From positions 1-41,526 of the forward strand of contig CAZFGY010000002.1 in NCBI GenBank assembly GCA_964518465.1: a stretch of DNA of 41,526 bases, written 5' to 3'. Below are positions 7,494 to 16,791 of this stretch, piece by piece. The notes beneath the pieces are model-generated. The model was given only the letters and a program-made list of their open reading frames with translations. It was not told where the DNA came from and did not search any database. The translations under genes were made by a program, and so were the position numbers. Positions within the stretch are counted from its first letter, which is position 1. Each line of letters starts with the position of its first letter. Source of the DNA: an uncultured Candidatus Saccharibacteria bacterium. Its GTDB lineage: Bacteria > Patescibacteriota > Saccharimonadia > Saccharimonadales > Saccharimonadaceae.

Positions 7494-7778
7494 ATGAATT
7501 ATCCAGATCACGATTTTTTGACTCCTGAGGAGGAGCGCACGCTCTTCGACTATTTCGCTTTATTGCTAGATACTATGAAATTGTTTGACGGTTCGGATTT
7601 AGACATTTGGATGACGGCGGAAGATGAGAAAGGGTTTGTGCTGACGCACGGAGCTACAGAAACCAGCGTGCTGGTGCCGATTGGCAAGGCCAAGGAAGCC
7701 TATGACTGGTTGGTTGACGCCAAGAAAATCGTTCAAGATGGACGCACATTATTATTAGAGCTACAGCGAGCATTGTAG
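7494..7778 (+). CDS. Hypothetical acidic protein (~94 aa) directly downstream of array A
   Basis: GAGGAGG RBS at 7481-7487 favours ATG 7494 over 7467; TGATATAAT at 7440-7448; a terminator follows. Confidence 0.7.
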   Translation: MNYPDHDFLTPEEERTLFDYFALLLDTMKLFDGSDLDIWMTAEDEKGFVLTHGATETSVLVPIGKAKEAYDWLVDAKKIVQDGRTLLLELQRAL

Positions 7779-7785
7779 CGCCTTT

Positions 7786-7809
7786 ACCGCCAGTTGATCT
7801 GGCGGTTTT
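7786..7809 (+). terminator. Intrinsic terminator
   Basis: ACCGCCAG-ttgat-CTGGCGGT followed by TTT. Confidence 0.7.
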
Positions 7810-7889
7810 GATTGCGCGTTGATAAAATCTACAGATTAGGCTACAATGTGGTTAACCTTTGGTCAGAAGGTTGATCTTTAAGAAAGGAT

Positions 7890-8072
7890 GTGAATCAAAT
7901 GAGACGACAACAGTGGCTTGAAGGGGTGCGCCTCAACGTGCCTGAGCGACCAAAACCGCGGTTTAAACCTATTGTCCGTCGAGAGAAATTTGGCTACTCT
8001 GTATGCCGAGGGTTTGGTGGCTATTCTCCAAATCCACCTCGAGGCAAAGATAATTACAGGAGCTGTTTCTAA
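7890..8072 (+). CDS. Small basic Arg/Pro-rich hypothetical protein (60 aa)
   Basis: Promoter TTGATA-17-TACAAT (7819-7847), AAGAAAGGA RBS and terminator at 8156-8178; the start could be ATG 7899. Confidence 0.5.
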   Translation: MNQMRRQQWLEGVRLNVPERPKPRFKPIVRREKFGYSVCRGFGGYSPNPPRGKDNYRSCF

Positions 8073-8155
8073 GTCGGCTCGTCACTGGCTGTTGCGAAGA
8101 GATAGCAAATGGTCAAACCACTAGCTGGACTCAAATCGTTAATCACATACCCTTG

Positions 8156-8211
8156 GCCCCGCAAATGCGGGGCTTTTTCTTGTGACCAGAAACCCCCGGG
8201 TGTCCGGGGGG
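8156..8211. terminator. Two adjacent terminators for convergent transcripts (small ORF on +, rpsL-rpsG on -)
   Basis: GCCCCGCA-aa-TGCGGGGC-TTTTT (8156-8178, +) and CCCCCGG-gtgt-CCGGGGG (8193-8210), followed by TTTCT on -. Confidence 0.7.
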
Positions 8212-8240
8212 CTGGTTGTTTGTTGCGACTACTAAAACGT

Positions 8241-8720
8241 CTAAGCGCGAGCAAAGTGTGCGAAAGCACGGTTCGCTTCGGCCATGCGGTGGCAATCTTC
8301 CTTCTTCTTGAAGGCGGCACCTGTTTCGTTGTAGGCGTCAACGATTTCTGCTTCGAGGCGCTTTGCATATGGCATACCTTGGCGGGCACGAGCGGCCTGA
8401 ACGAGCCAAGAGAAGGCAAAATGTTGCTGACGGTGGCCAGAAATTGGGAATGGAATCTGGTAGTTTGCACCACCGACACGGCGGGATTTCACTTCAAAAT
8501 CTGGAGAAACATTGGCCAGAGCCTTCTCGAAAACAGCAACTGGATCTTCGGATTTGAGCTTTTTGGCAGCGCCTTCAAGAGCGGCATAAACTGCGCGCTC
8601 AGCGGCCTGTTTTTTGCCATCGAGCATAGATTTGTTGATCAAACGCTGCACAGAAACAGATTGGTATTTGCGATCTGGGATGACTTTGCGTTGGAGAGAT
8701 TTAGTAACTTTGCGTGGCAT
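8241..8720 (-). CDS. rpsG: 30S ribosomal protein S7
   Basis: EVKSRRVGGANYQIP and HRMAEANRAFAHF. Confidence 0.97.
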   Translation of the reverse strand: MPRKVTKSLQRKVIPDRKYQSVSVQRLINKSMLDGKKQAAERAVYAALEGAAKKLKSEDPVAVFEKALANVSPDFEVKSRRVGGANYQIPFPISGHRQQHFAFSWLVQAARARQGMPYAKRLEAEIVDAYNETGAAFKKKEDCHRMAEANRAFAHFARA

Positions 8721-8723
8721 AAA

Positions 8724-9134
8724 TTATTCTCCCTTCTTTGCGCCGTATTTAGAACGGCCTTGTTTACGACCCTGGACACCTTGGAGATCCAAAGTGCCAC
8801 GGACGATATGATAACGGACACCTGGAAGATCTGGCACACGACCACCACGGACCAGCACGACGGCGTGCTCCTGGAGGTTGTGACCTTCACCACCAATATA
8901 AGCCCAAACTTCTTGACCATTAGTCAAGCGAACGCGAGCAACCTTGCGCAAAGCGGAGTTTGGCTTCTTTGGTGTCTTAGTAGTAACCTTGAGACAGACA
9001 CCGCGTTTAAGAGGAGCAGCTTGCTCGTAGCGGCGGGTCTTAAGAGTATTAACGATTGAACCAAGCGCAGGAGCCTTTGACTTTTTTGCGGACTTCTGGC
9101 GTGGTTTACGAATCAACTGATTGATAGTTGGCAC
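8724..9134 (-). CDS. rpsL: 30S ribosomal protein S12
   Basis: [29 protein letters not shown] and DLPGVRYH. Confidence 0.98.
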   Translation of the reverse strand: MPTINQLIRKPRQKSAKKSKAPALGSIVNTLKTRRYEQAAPLKRGVCLKVTTKTPKKPNSALRKVARVRLTNGQEVWAYIGGEGHNLQEHAVVLVRGGRVPDLPGVRYHIVRGTLDLQGVQGRKQGRSKYGAKKGE

Positions 9135-9255
9135 GATAAAATTCCCTATTAACTTTAATATGTGACTGTTTTGTTTACAGCAATGACAAACCAGTCTGAA
9201 ACTCTGTAGTTATTATACTCTAGTTGGGATGAAAATGCAAGAGTTTTCCTGGAAA

Positions 9256-10164
9256 TTAATGGTGGTGAGCGTGGCCGTGGCTATGGGACTCGACAGTAGC
9301 TTCTTGGCATTTTAGTTCGTGACAATGCTCGCCCGGTAGTTCGAGCTCAAGCGTGCTATGCTCAATTCCATGCTTTTTTAATGCAGCTTTAATCTGTGAC
9401 TTCACTGCCGGGCGGTTCTTTTTACAGACAACATGCAATGTTGCGAAATGGTGGTAACCGTCTAAGCTCCAAAGATGAAAATGGTGAATATCTTCGACCT
9501 CAGGGATTTTCAAGAGTTCTTCTCGGATATAGTCAAACGAAAGGCTTGATGGATTTTTTTCGAGCAAAACATCGAGGATAGAATTGCAGTTTTTTAGTGC
9601 TGCCCTAAGAATAAATAGCGCGACTAAAACAGAGAGAATAGGATCAATAACAACAAAATCGGTAAATCGCATAATGATTGCACCGACGAGGACTACTACC
9701 CAGCCGAGCACATCTTCTAACATGTGCAAATTGACTGATTTTTGATTTAGGGATTCCCCCTCACGCGTAAACCAGGCAGCGGTAAAGTTAACTACCACAC
9801 CGATAGTCGCTAGGACAATCATACCGTCATAGTTAATGTCAACTGGGTTAACCAACCGTTCGATTGCACTGATAATAACTATAATTGAACCGACGACGAG
9901 AATTATAGTAGTAATAAGACCACCAAGTAAGGAATAGCGGCCATAGCCATAGGTATATTTTTCATCGGGTTGACGCTTACTTTTGCGCTCCAGAAAATAA
10001 GAAATACCAATACTAAGAGCGTCACCTAAATCATGGATCGAATCGGAAATAATAGCCACACTACCTGTCAATGTGCCACCAATCAGCTCATAGACCGAGA
10101 AACCTAGGTTGAGCAAAAAAGCTACGAGAATTTTTGCGGTTGATGTTTTAGCGTGTTTTGTCAT
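9256..10164 (-). CDS. czcD: Cation diffusion facilitator (CzcD/ZitB-like Zn/Co/Cd exporter)
   Basis: SDSIHDLGD and HMLED metal sites, YTYGYGR and a His-rich tail. The start is moved to ATG 10164 because of a GGAGG RBS. Confidence 0.85.
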   Translation of the reverse strand: MTKHAKTSTAKILVAFLLNLGFSVYELIGGTLTGSVAIISDSIHDLGDALSIGISYFLERKSKRQPDEKYTYGYGRYSLLGGLITTIILVVGSIIVIISAIERLVNPVDINYDGMIVLATIGVVVNFTAAWFTREGESLNQKSVNLHMLEDVLGWVVVLVGAIIMRFTDFVVIDPILSVLVALFILRAALKNCNSILDVLLEKNPSSLSFDYIREELLKIPEVEDIHHFHLWSLDGYHHFATLHVVCKKNRPAVKSQIKAALKKHGIEHSTLELELPGEHCHELKCQEATVESHSHGHAHHH

Positions 10165-10534
10165 ATTTTTCCTCCGGTTGGTGCTTAATATGCGTGAGGC
10201 TAAGGCCGATCGCTTCTTGAACATGAGCGTCATCGAGCGAATAATACACTTCTTTGCCGGACGGACGAGCATAGACGATGTTAGCCTCTCGGAGACGACG
10301 TAATTGGTGTGAAATAGACGACTTCGACATTGAGAGCACGTTGGCTAAATCACAAACACATAACTCTTGATTGGCCAAGGCGAGGCAAATTTTCAGCCGG
10401 GTAGGCTCACTAAGGATTTTATAGAAGTGCGCAAGGTTAGCTAGGACGTTTGGTTTAGGAATGCTGGATATAGCTTTTGCTACCGCTTCGGGGTGAATGG
10501 CCTCGCAGTCACAGAGAAAATAGTTTTTGGGCAT
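10148..10534 (-). CDS. ArsR/SmtB-family (CadC-like) metalloregulator
   Basis: LSEPTRLKI, ELCVCDLA, SSISHQLRRLR, GKEVYYSLDDAHV and an N-terminal CDCxxIH. Confidence 0.92.
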   Translation of the reverse strand: MPKNYFLCDCEAIHPEAVAKAISSIPKPNVLANLAHFYKILSEPTRLKICLALANQELCVCDLANVLSMSKSSISHQLRRLREANIVYARPSGKEVYYSLDDAHVQEAIGLSLTHIKHQPEEKYDKTR

Positions 10535-10548
10535 TTTAGATTCCTTTC

Positions 10549-10603
10549 ATAGTTGAATGTATGCTCAACTATTTCTAGTATAGTTGAACGTATATTCAGC
10601 TGT
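10549..10603. promoter_or_regulatory. Two SmtB/CadC-type operator palindromes overlapping the arsR-czcD promoter
   Basis: ATAGTTGA-atgtatgc-TCAACTAT (10549-10572) and ATAGTTGAA-cgtata-TTCAGCTGT (10580-10603); TTGACA at 10606-10601 (-). Confidence 0.8.
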
Positions 10604-10634
10604 CAAGCCTATCCTTATGTCAAAAATGCTACTA

Positions 10635-10665
10635 AAAATCCCCTGGTCATTGGCAAGGGGATTTT
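10635..10665 (-). terminator. tig terminator
   Basis: AAAATCCCCT...AGGGGATTTT inverted repeat. Confidence 0.65.
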
Positions 10666-10681
10666 AGTTAACCGAATGAGA

Positions 10682-12037
10682 CTATTTATCCGATTTCTCA
10701 GACTTTGGAGTTTTGGCTGCTTTGACTTTCTTCTTGACCGGTTGATTCATAATAGCATCTCCGCCATTTGCTGCAACTAGAAAATCTATGGTCTTATCGA
10801 TTATCAAGCGATTCTTAATATCTTGACGGACTTCGGGTTTCTTGAGGTTGGCGAGAGCTTCTTTAGATTTCTGATAAAGGTCTCTAAGCTCAGCGATTTT
10901 TACGTCGACTTCCTCATCAAGCGCTTTAATTCCCTCTTGCTGGGACAAAATTTGCAAAATCAATGATGATTTGACTCTGGCTTCAGCCACTTCGCGGGCG
11001 CTTTTCTCCCAATCTTCGAGACTCTGGCTGGCGTACTCGAGATATTGTTCGAAGTTCATACCGCGACTAGCGGCGCTACGCGTAACGTCGTCGCGAATGA
11101 AGCGAAGCTGGTCTTGGATAAGAATTTCCGGAGCGGCAACTTTGGAATTTTTAACTAGTTCGGCGACAAGATTTTCACGGTACTTTTCGAGGGCGCGATG
11201 CCGATTTTGGCCCTCGAGATTCTTCTTGATATCGGCTTTCAGTTCCTCAATGTTCTTAAAATTACCGCATTTTTTGGCTAATTCGTCGTCGAGCGCAGGC
11301 TTTTTGACTTCATTGACTTGCTTGAGTAAGGTTTCGAAGACTACTGGCTGGCCAGCTAAGGTCTTTTCAGGATAATCTTTGGGGAAAGTAACTTTAAGAT
11401 CGAATTTATCGCCCGCAGAGTGGCCAACGACGCCATCTTCAAAGCCGGGGATAAACTGTCCTGAGCCGAGCATAAGATGGTGATCTTTAGCACTACCGCC
11501 TGGAAATTCGACGCCATCTTTCTTGCCTACAAAATCAATAATTACTTCGTCGCCGAGAGCAGCAGGTTTTTTCGCAACCACTTTTTCGGCGTAAGCGTTG
11601 ACGATATTATCAAGAATTTCTTGCACATCTTTGGCGGACGGTTCGGTTTTTTCCATCTTAGCTTTGAGTTTTTTGTAGTCACCGAGCTTTACCTCTGGCA
11701 AAATGTCAGCTGTAGCGATATATTCAGCAGATTCGTCAGGAACATATTTCGTGACGCTAACGTTCGTAATAGCAATGGGGTTCAGCTTCGCTTTACCAAA
11801 AGCCGTCGGCATCGTACTACGGACGGCGACATCAATAGTTTCATTAGCAATATCGTTGGGAGCAAGGTTCCTCTCGACCAGTGATGCTGGAGCTTTGCCC
11901 TTGCGAAAACCTTGGACTTTGACATTCTGAGCGAGGTGAGCAATAGCTTGGCTACGCGCGGTTTTTAGATCTTGATCATCAAGCGTTACTTTGACTTCCA
12001 CCCTTGTATCGGATATTTTCTTTGTTGTAGTCTTCAT
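10682..12037 (-). CDS. tig: Trigger factor
   Basis: GFRKGKAP ribosome-binding motif and FKBP domain (IDFVG, FIPGFEDG). The start is set at ATG 12037, 7 nt after TATAAT. Confidence 0.95.
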   Translation of the reverse strand: MKTTTKKISDTRVEVKVTLDDQDLKTARSQAIAHLAQNVKVQGFRKGKAPASLVERNLAPNDIANETIDVAVRSTMPTAFGKAKLNPIAITNVSVTKYVPDESAEYIATADILPEVKLGDYKKLKAKMEKTEPSAKDVQEILDNIVNAYAEKVVAKKPAALGDEVIIDFVGKKDGVEFPGGSAKDHHLMLGSGQFIPGFEDGVVGHSAGDKFDLKVTFPKDYPEKTLAGQPVVFETLLKQVNEVKKPALDDELAKKCGNFKNIEELKADIKKNLEGQNRHRALEKYRENLVAELVKNSKVAAPEILIQDQLRFIRDDVTRSAASRGMNFEQYLEYASQSLEDWEKSAREVAEARVKSSLILQILSQQEGIKALDEEVDVKIAELRDLYQKSKEALANLKKPEVRQDIKNRLIIDKTIDFLVAANGGDAIMNQPVKKKVKAAKTPKSEKSDK

Positions 12038-12057
12038 ATCTTTTATTATAACATACT

Positions 12058-13647
12058 CTATCGGGTAATCATACCGCCTTTTTCCCGGCAACGGAGATGG
12101 CGAATAGTGTTCTTAACGTCAGCACCCAATTTGACATCCGGGTTCAGGATGTTATTTGGATCGAAGGCTTCTTTGATACTGCTATAAAGCTGGCGCTCAC
12201 CGACGCCAAGGGTTTTGGACATCATGAGAGCCTTGACTTGGCCTTCGGGCCCATTGCCGGTCAAAGAACCTTGGCAGTCGACTACGAGCTGGCTATAAAG
12301 CTTCAAAAACTCGACTAACTTGCGCCGGCCTTCGACCGAAGTACAATCAATTTCGGGACGAACGCTATAGTTCGAAGTAATAAAAGAACCGAAAACTGGG
12401 AGATCGAAACCAAGATTTTTCTCAAGATTTTTGAGACCATAGAGATAATCACTGAAATGCATGCTGGGAATAAAAACGTCGTCTAGCACTGGCGTACGCT
12501 CACCGCGCGTGGTGTCATTAAGATAGCTGAGCAAGGCACTTTCGAGACTGCTAATATTTTCGATATTATCAGGGCCTTCTTCAACGTAAAACGTACTCTC
12601 AGGTAAGGCCTCAAAACATTTTTTCATTTTTTTGGATAGTTTCGGGCGGCGATAGTTGAAGGTGAGAATCACCAGGATACCTTTGCCAATTTTACGAACA
12701 AAGAAATCTGGTTTCTTGCCATGCTCGTTGGCTGCCTCCATGATGCGCAAATCATAAATCTTAATTGTGGAGGGCTCGAGATCACAGACGTAATTGAGAA
12801 AACGCTGGGCCGCTTTCAGGTCGTGGAAAGAAATGATCAAGCGATGAGGAGCGGGCGGCAAGGGCTCGACATGTAAGATAATATCACTGATAATGCCCAG
12901 CGTGCCCTGAGAAGCAAAAAGAAGTGGCAAGAGGTTGATCGAGCGCTGGCTACGTACCTGAGTAATATTGGAATACCCAGCAGCATCAAAAGGTTGCATG
13001 GTGCGATCCAAGATGGTATCACCATAATCATCGACGATTTGTTCGATTTTTTGGTAAAGCTGGCTTTCTGCGGAATAGGCGTCCTTGCGGTTCTCAATAG
13101 CGCGGATGCTAACAGGCGCCAATTGCACGACGTCGCCACTTGCTAATACGACTTCCGCACGCTCGACAAAATGGTAGATCCCGCCATAGCGATCCATTAA
13201 ATCATCGCTCGGGCAAGTGGCGATTAGGCCACCAATAGTAGCGCGCTCATCGTAGTCAATTGGAAGCCACAATCCTTGCAGAGCCAAGGCTGAATTTAGC
13301 TGGCCGAGAGTAACACCGGGCTGGACGCGCACAAGTCGACCCCGAATGTCGATTTCTTCAATATGATTGAGTCGTTCGGTAGAAATTACTAGCCCAGGTC
13401 CGATACTGGCGCCAGTTTTGTCGATGCCGGAACCTCGTACCGTGACAGGGAGGGAGAAATCACGATTCGCTAATTGGTTGGAAAAACGCAGAAGCTTGCG
13501 AATATCATTAGTACCCAGTGGAACCGCCACGAGCCGGGGCATAATTTGCAAAATAGAGCGATCGGTGGAGTAACTTTGACAGAGAGAAGGGCGATCAAAA
13601 ACATTGCCAAGAATGTGTTGATTCAGATATTCCGCCAGCTTGCTCAC
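12058..13647 (-). CDS. FAD-binding oxidoreductase (GlcD/D-lactate dehydrogenase-like fold)
   Basis: RGSG, VQPGV, ATIGG, SQGTLGII and C-terminal IKEAFDPNNILNP. Confidence 0.85.
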   Translation of the reverse strand: MSKLAEYLNQHILGNVFDRPSLCQSYSTDRSILQIMPRLVAVPLGTNDIRKLLRFSNQLANRDFSLPVTVRGSGIDKTGASIGPGLVISTERLNHIEEIDIRGRLVRVQPGVTLGQLNSALALQGLWLPIDYDERATIGGLIATCPSDDLMDRYGGIYHFVERAEVVLASGDVVQLAPVSIRAIENRKDAYSAESQLYQKIEQIVDDYGDTILDRTMQPFDAAGYSNITQVRSQRSINLLPLLFASQGTLGIISDIILHVEPLPPAPHRLIISFHDLKAAQRFLNYVCDLEPSTIKIYDLRIMEAANEHGKKPDFFVRKIGKGILVILTFNYRRPKLSKKMKKCFEALPESTFYVEEGPDNIENISSLESALLSYLNDTTRGERTPVLDDVFIPSMHFSDYLYGLKNLEKNLGFDLPVFGSFITSNYSVRPEIDCTSVEGRRKLVEFLKLYSQLVVDCQGSLTGNGPEGQVKALMMSKTLGVGERQLYSSIKEAFDPNNILNPDVKLGADVKNTIRHLRCREKGGMITR

Positions 13648-13779
13648 CCAATTTACCCTTTTATACTTGTTACTATATTAGCATAAAGGTTAAGTTTTGT
13701 GTAGCAAATTTGCAAAGTGCTTGACAAAATCTATTATCTGTGATACAATGAAAAGATAGGCTATAGCTAAAACAACAAA

Positions 13780-13974
13780 ATGAGTAAACCGAGATATTAT
13801 GAGCATAATGCTAAGATGTGCTGGGTCGGAGAACAGCAGAAGGTTTGCTATGATTCAAAAGAGGAAGCTGAAGTGGCTGCTCTAGTCGCCCAGCACGATT
13901 ACGGAGCGCCGAAACTAGAGGTGTATAAATGTGAATACGGCGATCATTGGCACTTGAGTTCCAATCATCATTAA
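13780..13974 (+). CDS. Small hypothetical protein with a probable Zn-binding motif (C..K.CY...YKC..G.HWHL)
   Basis: Own promoter TTGACA-17-TACAAT (13721-13749) and a Cys/His pattern. Confidence 0.7.
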   Translation: MSKPRYYEHNAKMCWVGEQQKVCYDSKEEAEVAALVAQHDYGAPKLEVYKCEYGDHWHLSSNHH

Positions 13975-16049
13975 ATTCTCCAAGTGGTTTCTAGGTAACC
14001 GGCGCTCAGACTGGGGTTATAAAGCAAGTGGGCAGCCGAATCAGGAGCACTAGGATAAGTTGTACGCAAATCGAGCTGAGCGGGTATTCCGCGCTGACCG
14101 TCCTTACCGTAAGGAATAAGAGTGAGACGAAGGTGATCAGTAACATCATTAAGGGTGAAGCGACCGCTATTTTGATATAGCTCAGTGAAACCCAGAACAG
14201 CGTCGTTGAGCACGAGCAGGACTTTGCTGGCATTAGTTTTAAAACTGACTTGAGCTGATCGATCATCTCGGATGACATGTTTCAGATCAGTAATTGTCGC
14301 AAGCTGAGGTTGGCTGTTCGTCACGGTAAGTTTGGCGGACATAGTGCTAGAAACACCATCAATACTCCGGACGCGAACTTGGATAAAACCAGAAAAATCT
14401 TTGTCGTAACGCTTAGTAACCACTGCGCCCTGATTTTCTAGTTCAAACTTGTTGTCTCCGTCTAAATCCCAATCAAAACTTAGCTCCGAACCGTCGGGTG
14501 AATAAGAACTTGAGGCATCAAAGCGAAATTCCTCGCCGACATTGCCTCGATATTCCATTAACGCCAGCTGAGCAACAGGACGACCAAGAATTGTCTCGGT
14601 AGAAAGTTCGAGTTCAGTGTCAATATCGAAAACCTGCCCGCCAGTAGCTTCGGCAAGCTCCTCGTGTAGCTCACGAATGCTCGGCGAATGGTTATTAGTC
14701 ACTACGTAGACATTGACCGGGTCGATTTCGAGGCTACGCTTCGTGACATCTTCGAGAGTGACTCCGTCGCGATCAGGAGAAAGATAGCGCGCATCGGTCA
14801 AGATCACAGCAGATTTAGTCGCTCCGAGCATCCAGTTGAGGGAGTTGAGTGCAGTCATGACGGCGGACAGTGCAGATTCGCTCGCGTCGCCACCGCCGTC
14901 AGCTTCGATGGCGTCAATTTTGGCCGAAAAGTCATCGTAAGTGCAGGTGAAATTGCAATGCATTTTGGTCTCAAAAGGATCGCTCAGGTCACGATATTCG
15001 AAGAGGGCTACCCGTCCATTGCCCTGAATGACTTGACGAGCAAGACGCTTGGCTTCGGTTTTGTACTGGTCAATGAGTGGCTGCATGGATTCAGTCGAAT
15101 CGATGATGATCGCGACATCGTGAGATGTAGGTTTATTAAAGGAAAACCCTAATGAGCCAGAAGCATTCGGAAAAGCTATTCTAATACGTGATCTAATAAT
15201 CCGAGCCGCGGCTTGATAAAAATTATTCGCAACATACTCGCCGTGGTCACTAATACTAGAGCCGGAGCTGCACATGATATCGTCATCATTACACCAAGTG
15301 CCAATTTTGCCGGCATAGACCTCGGGTTGATAGGGACGCTGGCTACCTAGCACACCTTCGTAAGCATAACAATCGGGAACGTGAGCGCGATAGGGCGACA
15401 GGTTTTTGCCCATACAAGCGTCGGGGACTTTAGGAAAAATACCCATGGTATGGCTATTACCTTCGGGAAGATAAAGTTTCGGATCGCCAAAAGTGGCAGC
15501 GTAGAGAATCTTCTTTGCATCGAGGTCGGGCAAAGTTTTTGAAATTATCATGGCACCCTGCGAGTATCCACCGAGCACAAACTTGGTTTTAGGACAAAGT
15601 TTGGAAATTTTTTGGGTGTAAGCTTTCAGCTCGCCAATTCCCTGCGCCACGCTACGTCCAAAAGTGAACGATTCGCCACTACTGATAAAGGCACCTAGCA
15701 GATTGACGAATCCGCCTAGACTGCCGCTGACGGCGCTAGCGGGATATTGGTATTCGCCTTGCTTCGCACTGCCGAGCTCGTAAAAGTGGTAGCTTAGTCC
15801 ACTAGATGCAAGCTGATTACGATTCTCAGCTTCCCAAGCTGTAGCGCTGGGGCTGCCTAGAGCTTCACCCGAACCGCGAGCAAAGATGAATTCTAGGTCC
15901 GAGCATTCGTAAGAATCTGCCAAAGCCGGCGGCGATTGTTGCCAGATCGTATAGAGCGCGAAACAAGTTAGGACTAGCAGCAATAAGATGCCCAATTTCA
16001 GCCAACTAACATGCAGGTAGTTATAAAATTTTGAGAAATGTTCAATCAT
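13971..16049 (-). CDS. Secreted or anchored cutinase-family + vWA + PKD-domain protein
   Basis: N-terminal hydrophobic segment; cutinase motifs FARGSGE, GYSQG, FGDP and CxxDDIMC; vWA MIDAS DSTES and LTDA; PKD FDASSS..WDLDGD. The start is set at ATG 16049 (GGAGG RBS). Confidence 0.85.
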   Translation of the reverse strand: MIEHFSKFYNYLHVSWLKLGILLLLVLTCFALYTIWQQSPPALADSYECSDLEFIFARGSGEALGSPSATAWEAENRNQLASSGLSYHFYELGSAKQGEYQYPASAVSGSLGGFVNLLGAFISSGESFTFGRSVAQGIGELKAYTQKISKLCPKTKFVLGGYSQGAMIISKTLPDLDAKKILYAATFGDPKLYLPEGNSHTMGIFPKVPDACMGKNLSPYRAHVPDCYAYEGVLGSQRPYQPEVYAGKIGTWCNDDDIMCSSGSSISDHGEYVANNFYQAAARIIRSRIRIAFPNASGSLGFSFNKPTSHDVAIIIDSTESMQPLIDQYKTEAKRLARQVIQGNGRVALFEYRDLSDPFETKMHCNFTCTYDDFSAKIDAIEADGGGDASESALSAVMTALNSLNWMLGATKSAVILTDARYLSPDRDGVTLEDVTKRSLEIDPVNVYVVTNNHSPSIRELHEELAEATGGQVFDIDTELELSTETILGRPVAQLALMEYRGNVGEEFRFDASSSYSPDGSELSFDWDLDGDNKFELENQGAVVTKRYDKDFSGFIQVRVRSIDGVSSTMSAKLTVTNSQPQLATITDLKHVIRDDRSAQVSFKTNASKVLLVLNDAVLGFTELYQNSGRFTLNDVTDHLRLTLIPYGKDGQRGIPAQLDLRTTYPSAPDSAAHLLYNPSLSAGYLETTWRI

Positions 16050-16142
16050 TTTGCCTCCGCAAAAAGTTAAATTAATATTATTGGCGGAGTATAACAAAAT
16101 TTTTTCTTAAAATACAAGCACAGCCGTTATGTTTTGACAAAA

Positions 16143-16790
16143 TTACCAAACAATTTCGGGCAGATTGTGCTGTTTGAGAAAGTCGTTAGCTTGGCGGAAA
16201 TGATTATTGCCAAAAAATCCGTTATAGGCGGAGAGTGGTGAAGGATGGGCTGACTCAAGTACTAAATGCTTACTAGTGTCGATGAGCGTTTTCTTGCTCC
16301 GAGCATCACGACCCCAGAGTAAAAAGACTAGATGTGGACACTTTTCGTTTAAATATTTTACCGTTGCTTCGGTAAAAGTTTCCCAGCCATGCCCGCGATG
16401 CGAACCGGCTTTGTGCGCTTCCACGGTCAGGACATTATTTAGTAGCAATACACCTTGCGTCTGCCAAGGCCGAAGATTGCCGGTAGGGTTAGCGTGGTGT
16501 CCATATTCTGCATCAATCTCCTTATAAATATTGATTAGTGAAGGGGGAATAGGCTGAGAACTAGGGACAGAGAAAGCTAATCCATGTGCGGCGCCCGGCG
16601 TATGATAAGGGTCTTGACCAAGAATGACTACTTTGACCTGATTAAGATCAGTGGTGAAAGCGCGAAAGACTTGGGTCTTAGTTGGAAACACAGTTGTAAT
16701 TTCGTAAGCTTGGTGCAAGAATTGGCTAAGCTCCTGGAAATACGGTTTAGCAAATTCTGAATCAAGAAAAGGTTTCCAACTTTCATGCAT
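16143..16790 (-). CDS. ung: Uracil-DNA glycosylase (family 1)
   Basis: GQDPYH, GLAFS, GVLLLN and HPSPLS; start at ATG 16790. Confidence 0.96.
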   Translation of the reverse strand: MHESWKPFLDSEFAKPYFQELSQFLHQAYEITTVFPTKTQVFRAFTTDLNQVKVVILGQDPYHTPGAAHGLAFSVPSSQPIPPSLINIYKEIDAEYGHHANPTGNLRPWQTQGVLLLNNVLTVEAHKAGSHRGHGWETFTEATVKYLNEKCPHLVFLLWGRDARSKKTLIDTSKHLVLESAHPSPLSAYNGFFGNNHFRQANDFLKQHNLPEIVW

Positions 16791-16791
16791 G

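Noticed and set aside
8109-9059. 316-aa + strand ORF
   Set aside because: It is the antisense shadow of rpsL-rpsG; the same applies to most short overlapping ORFs in the track.
12087-12096. Reverse-strand match CTCCGTTGCC to the cassette core
   Set aside because: It is a 10-nt match inside the oxidoreductase C-terminus (HLRCREK) with none of the other cassette motifs, so probably chance.
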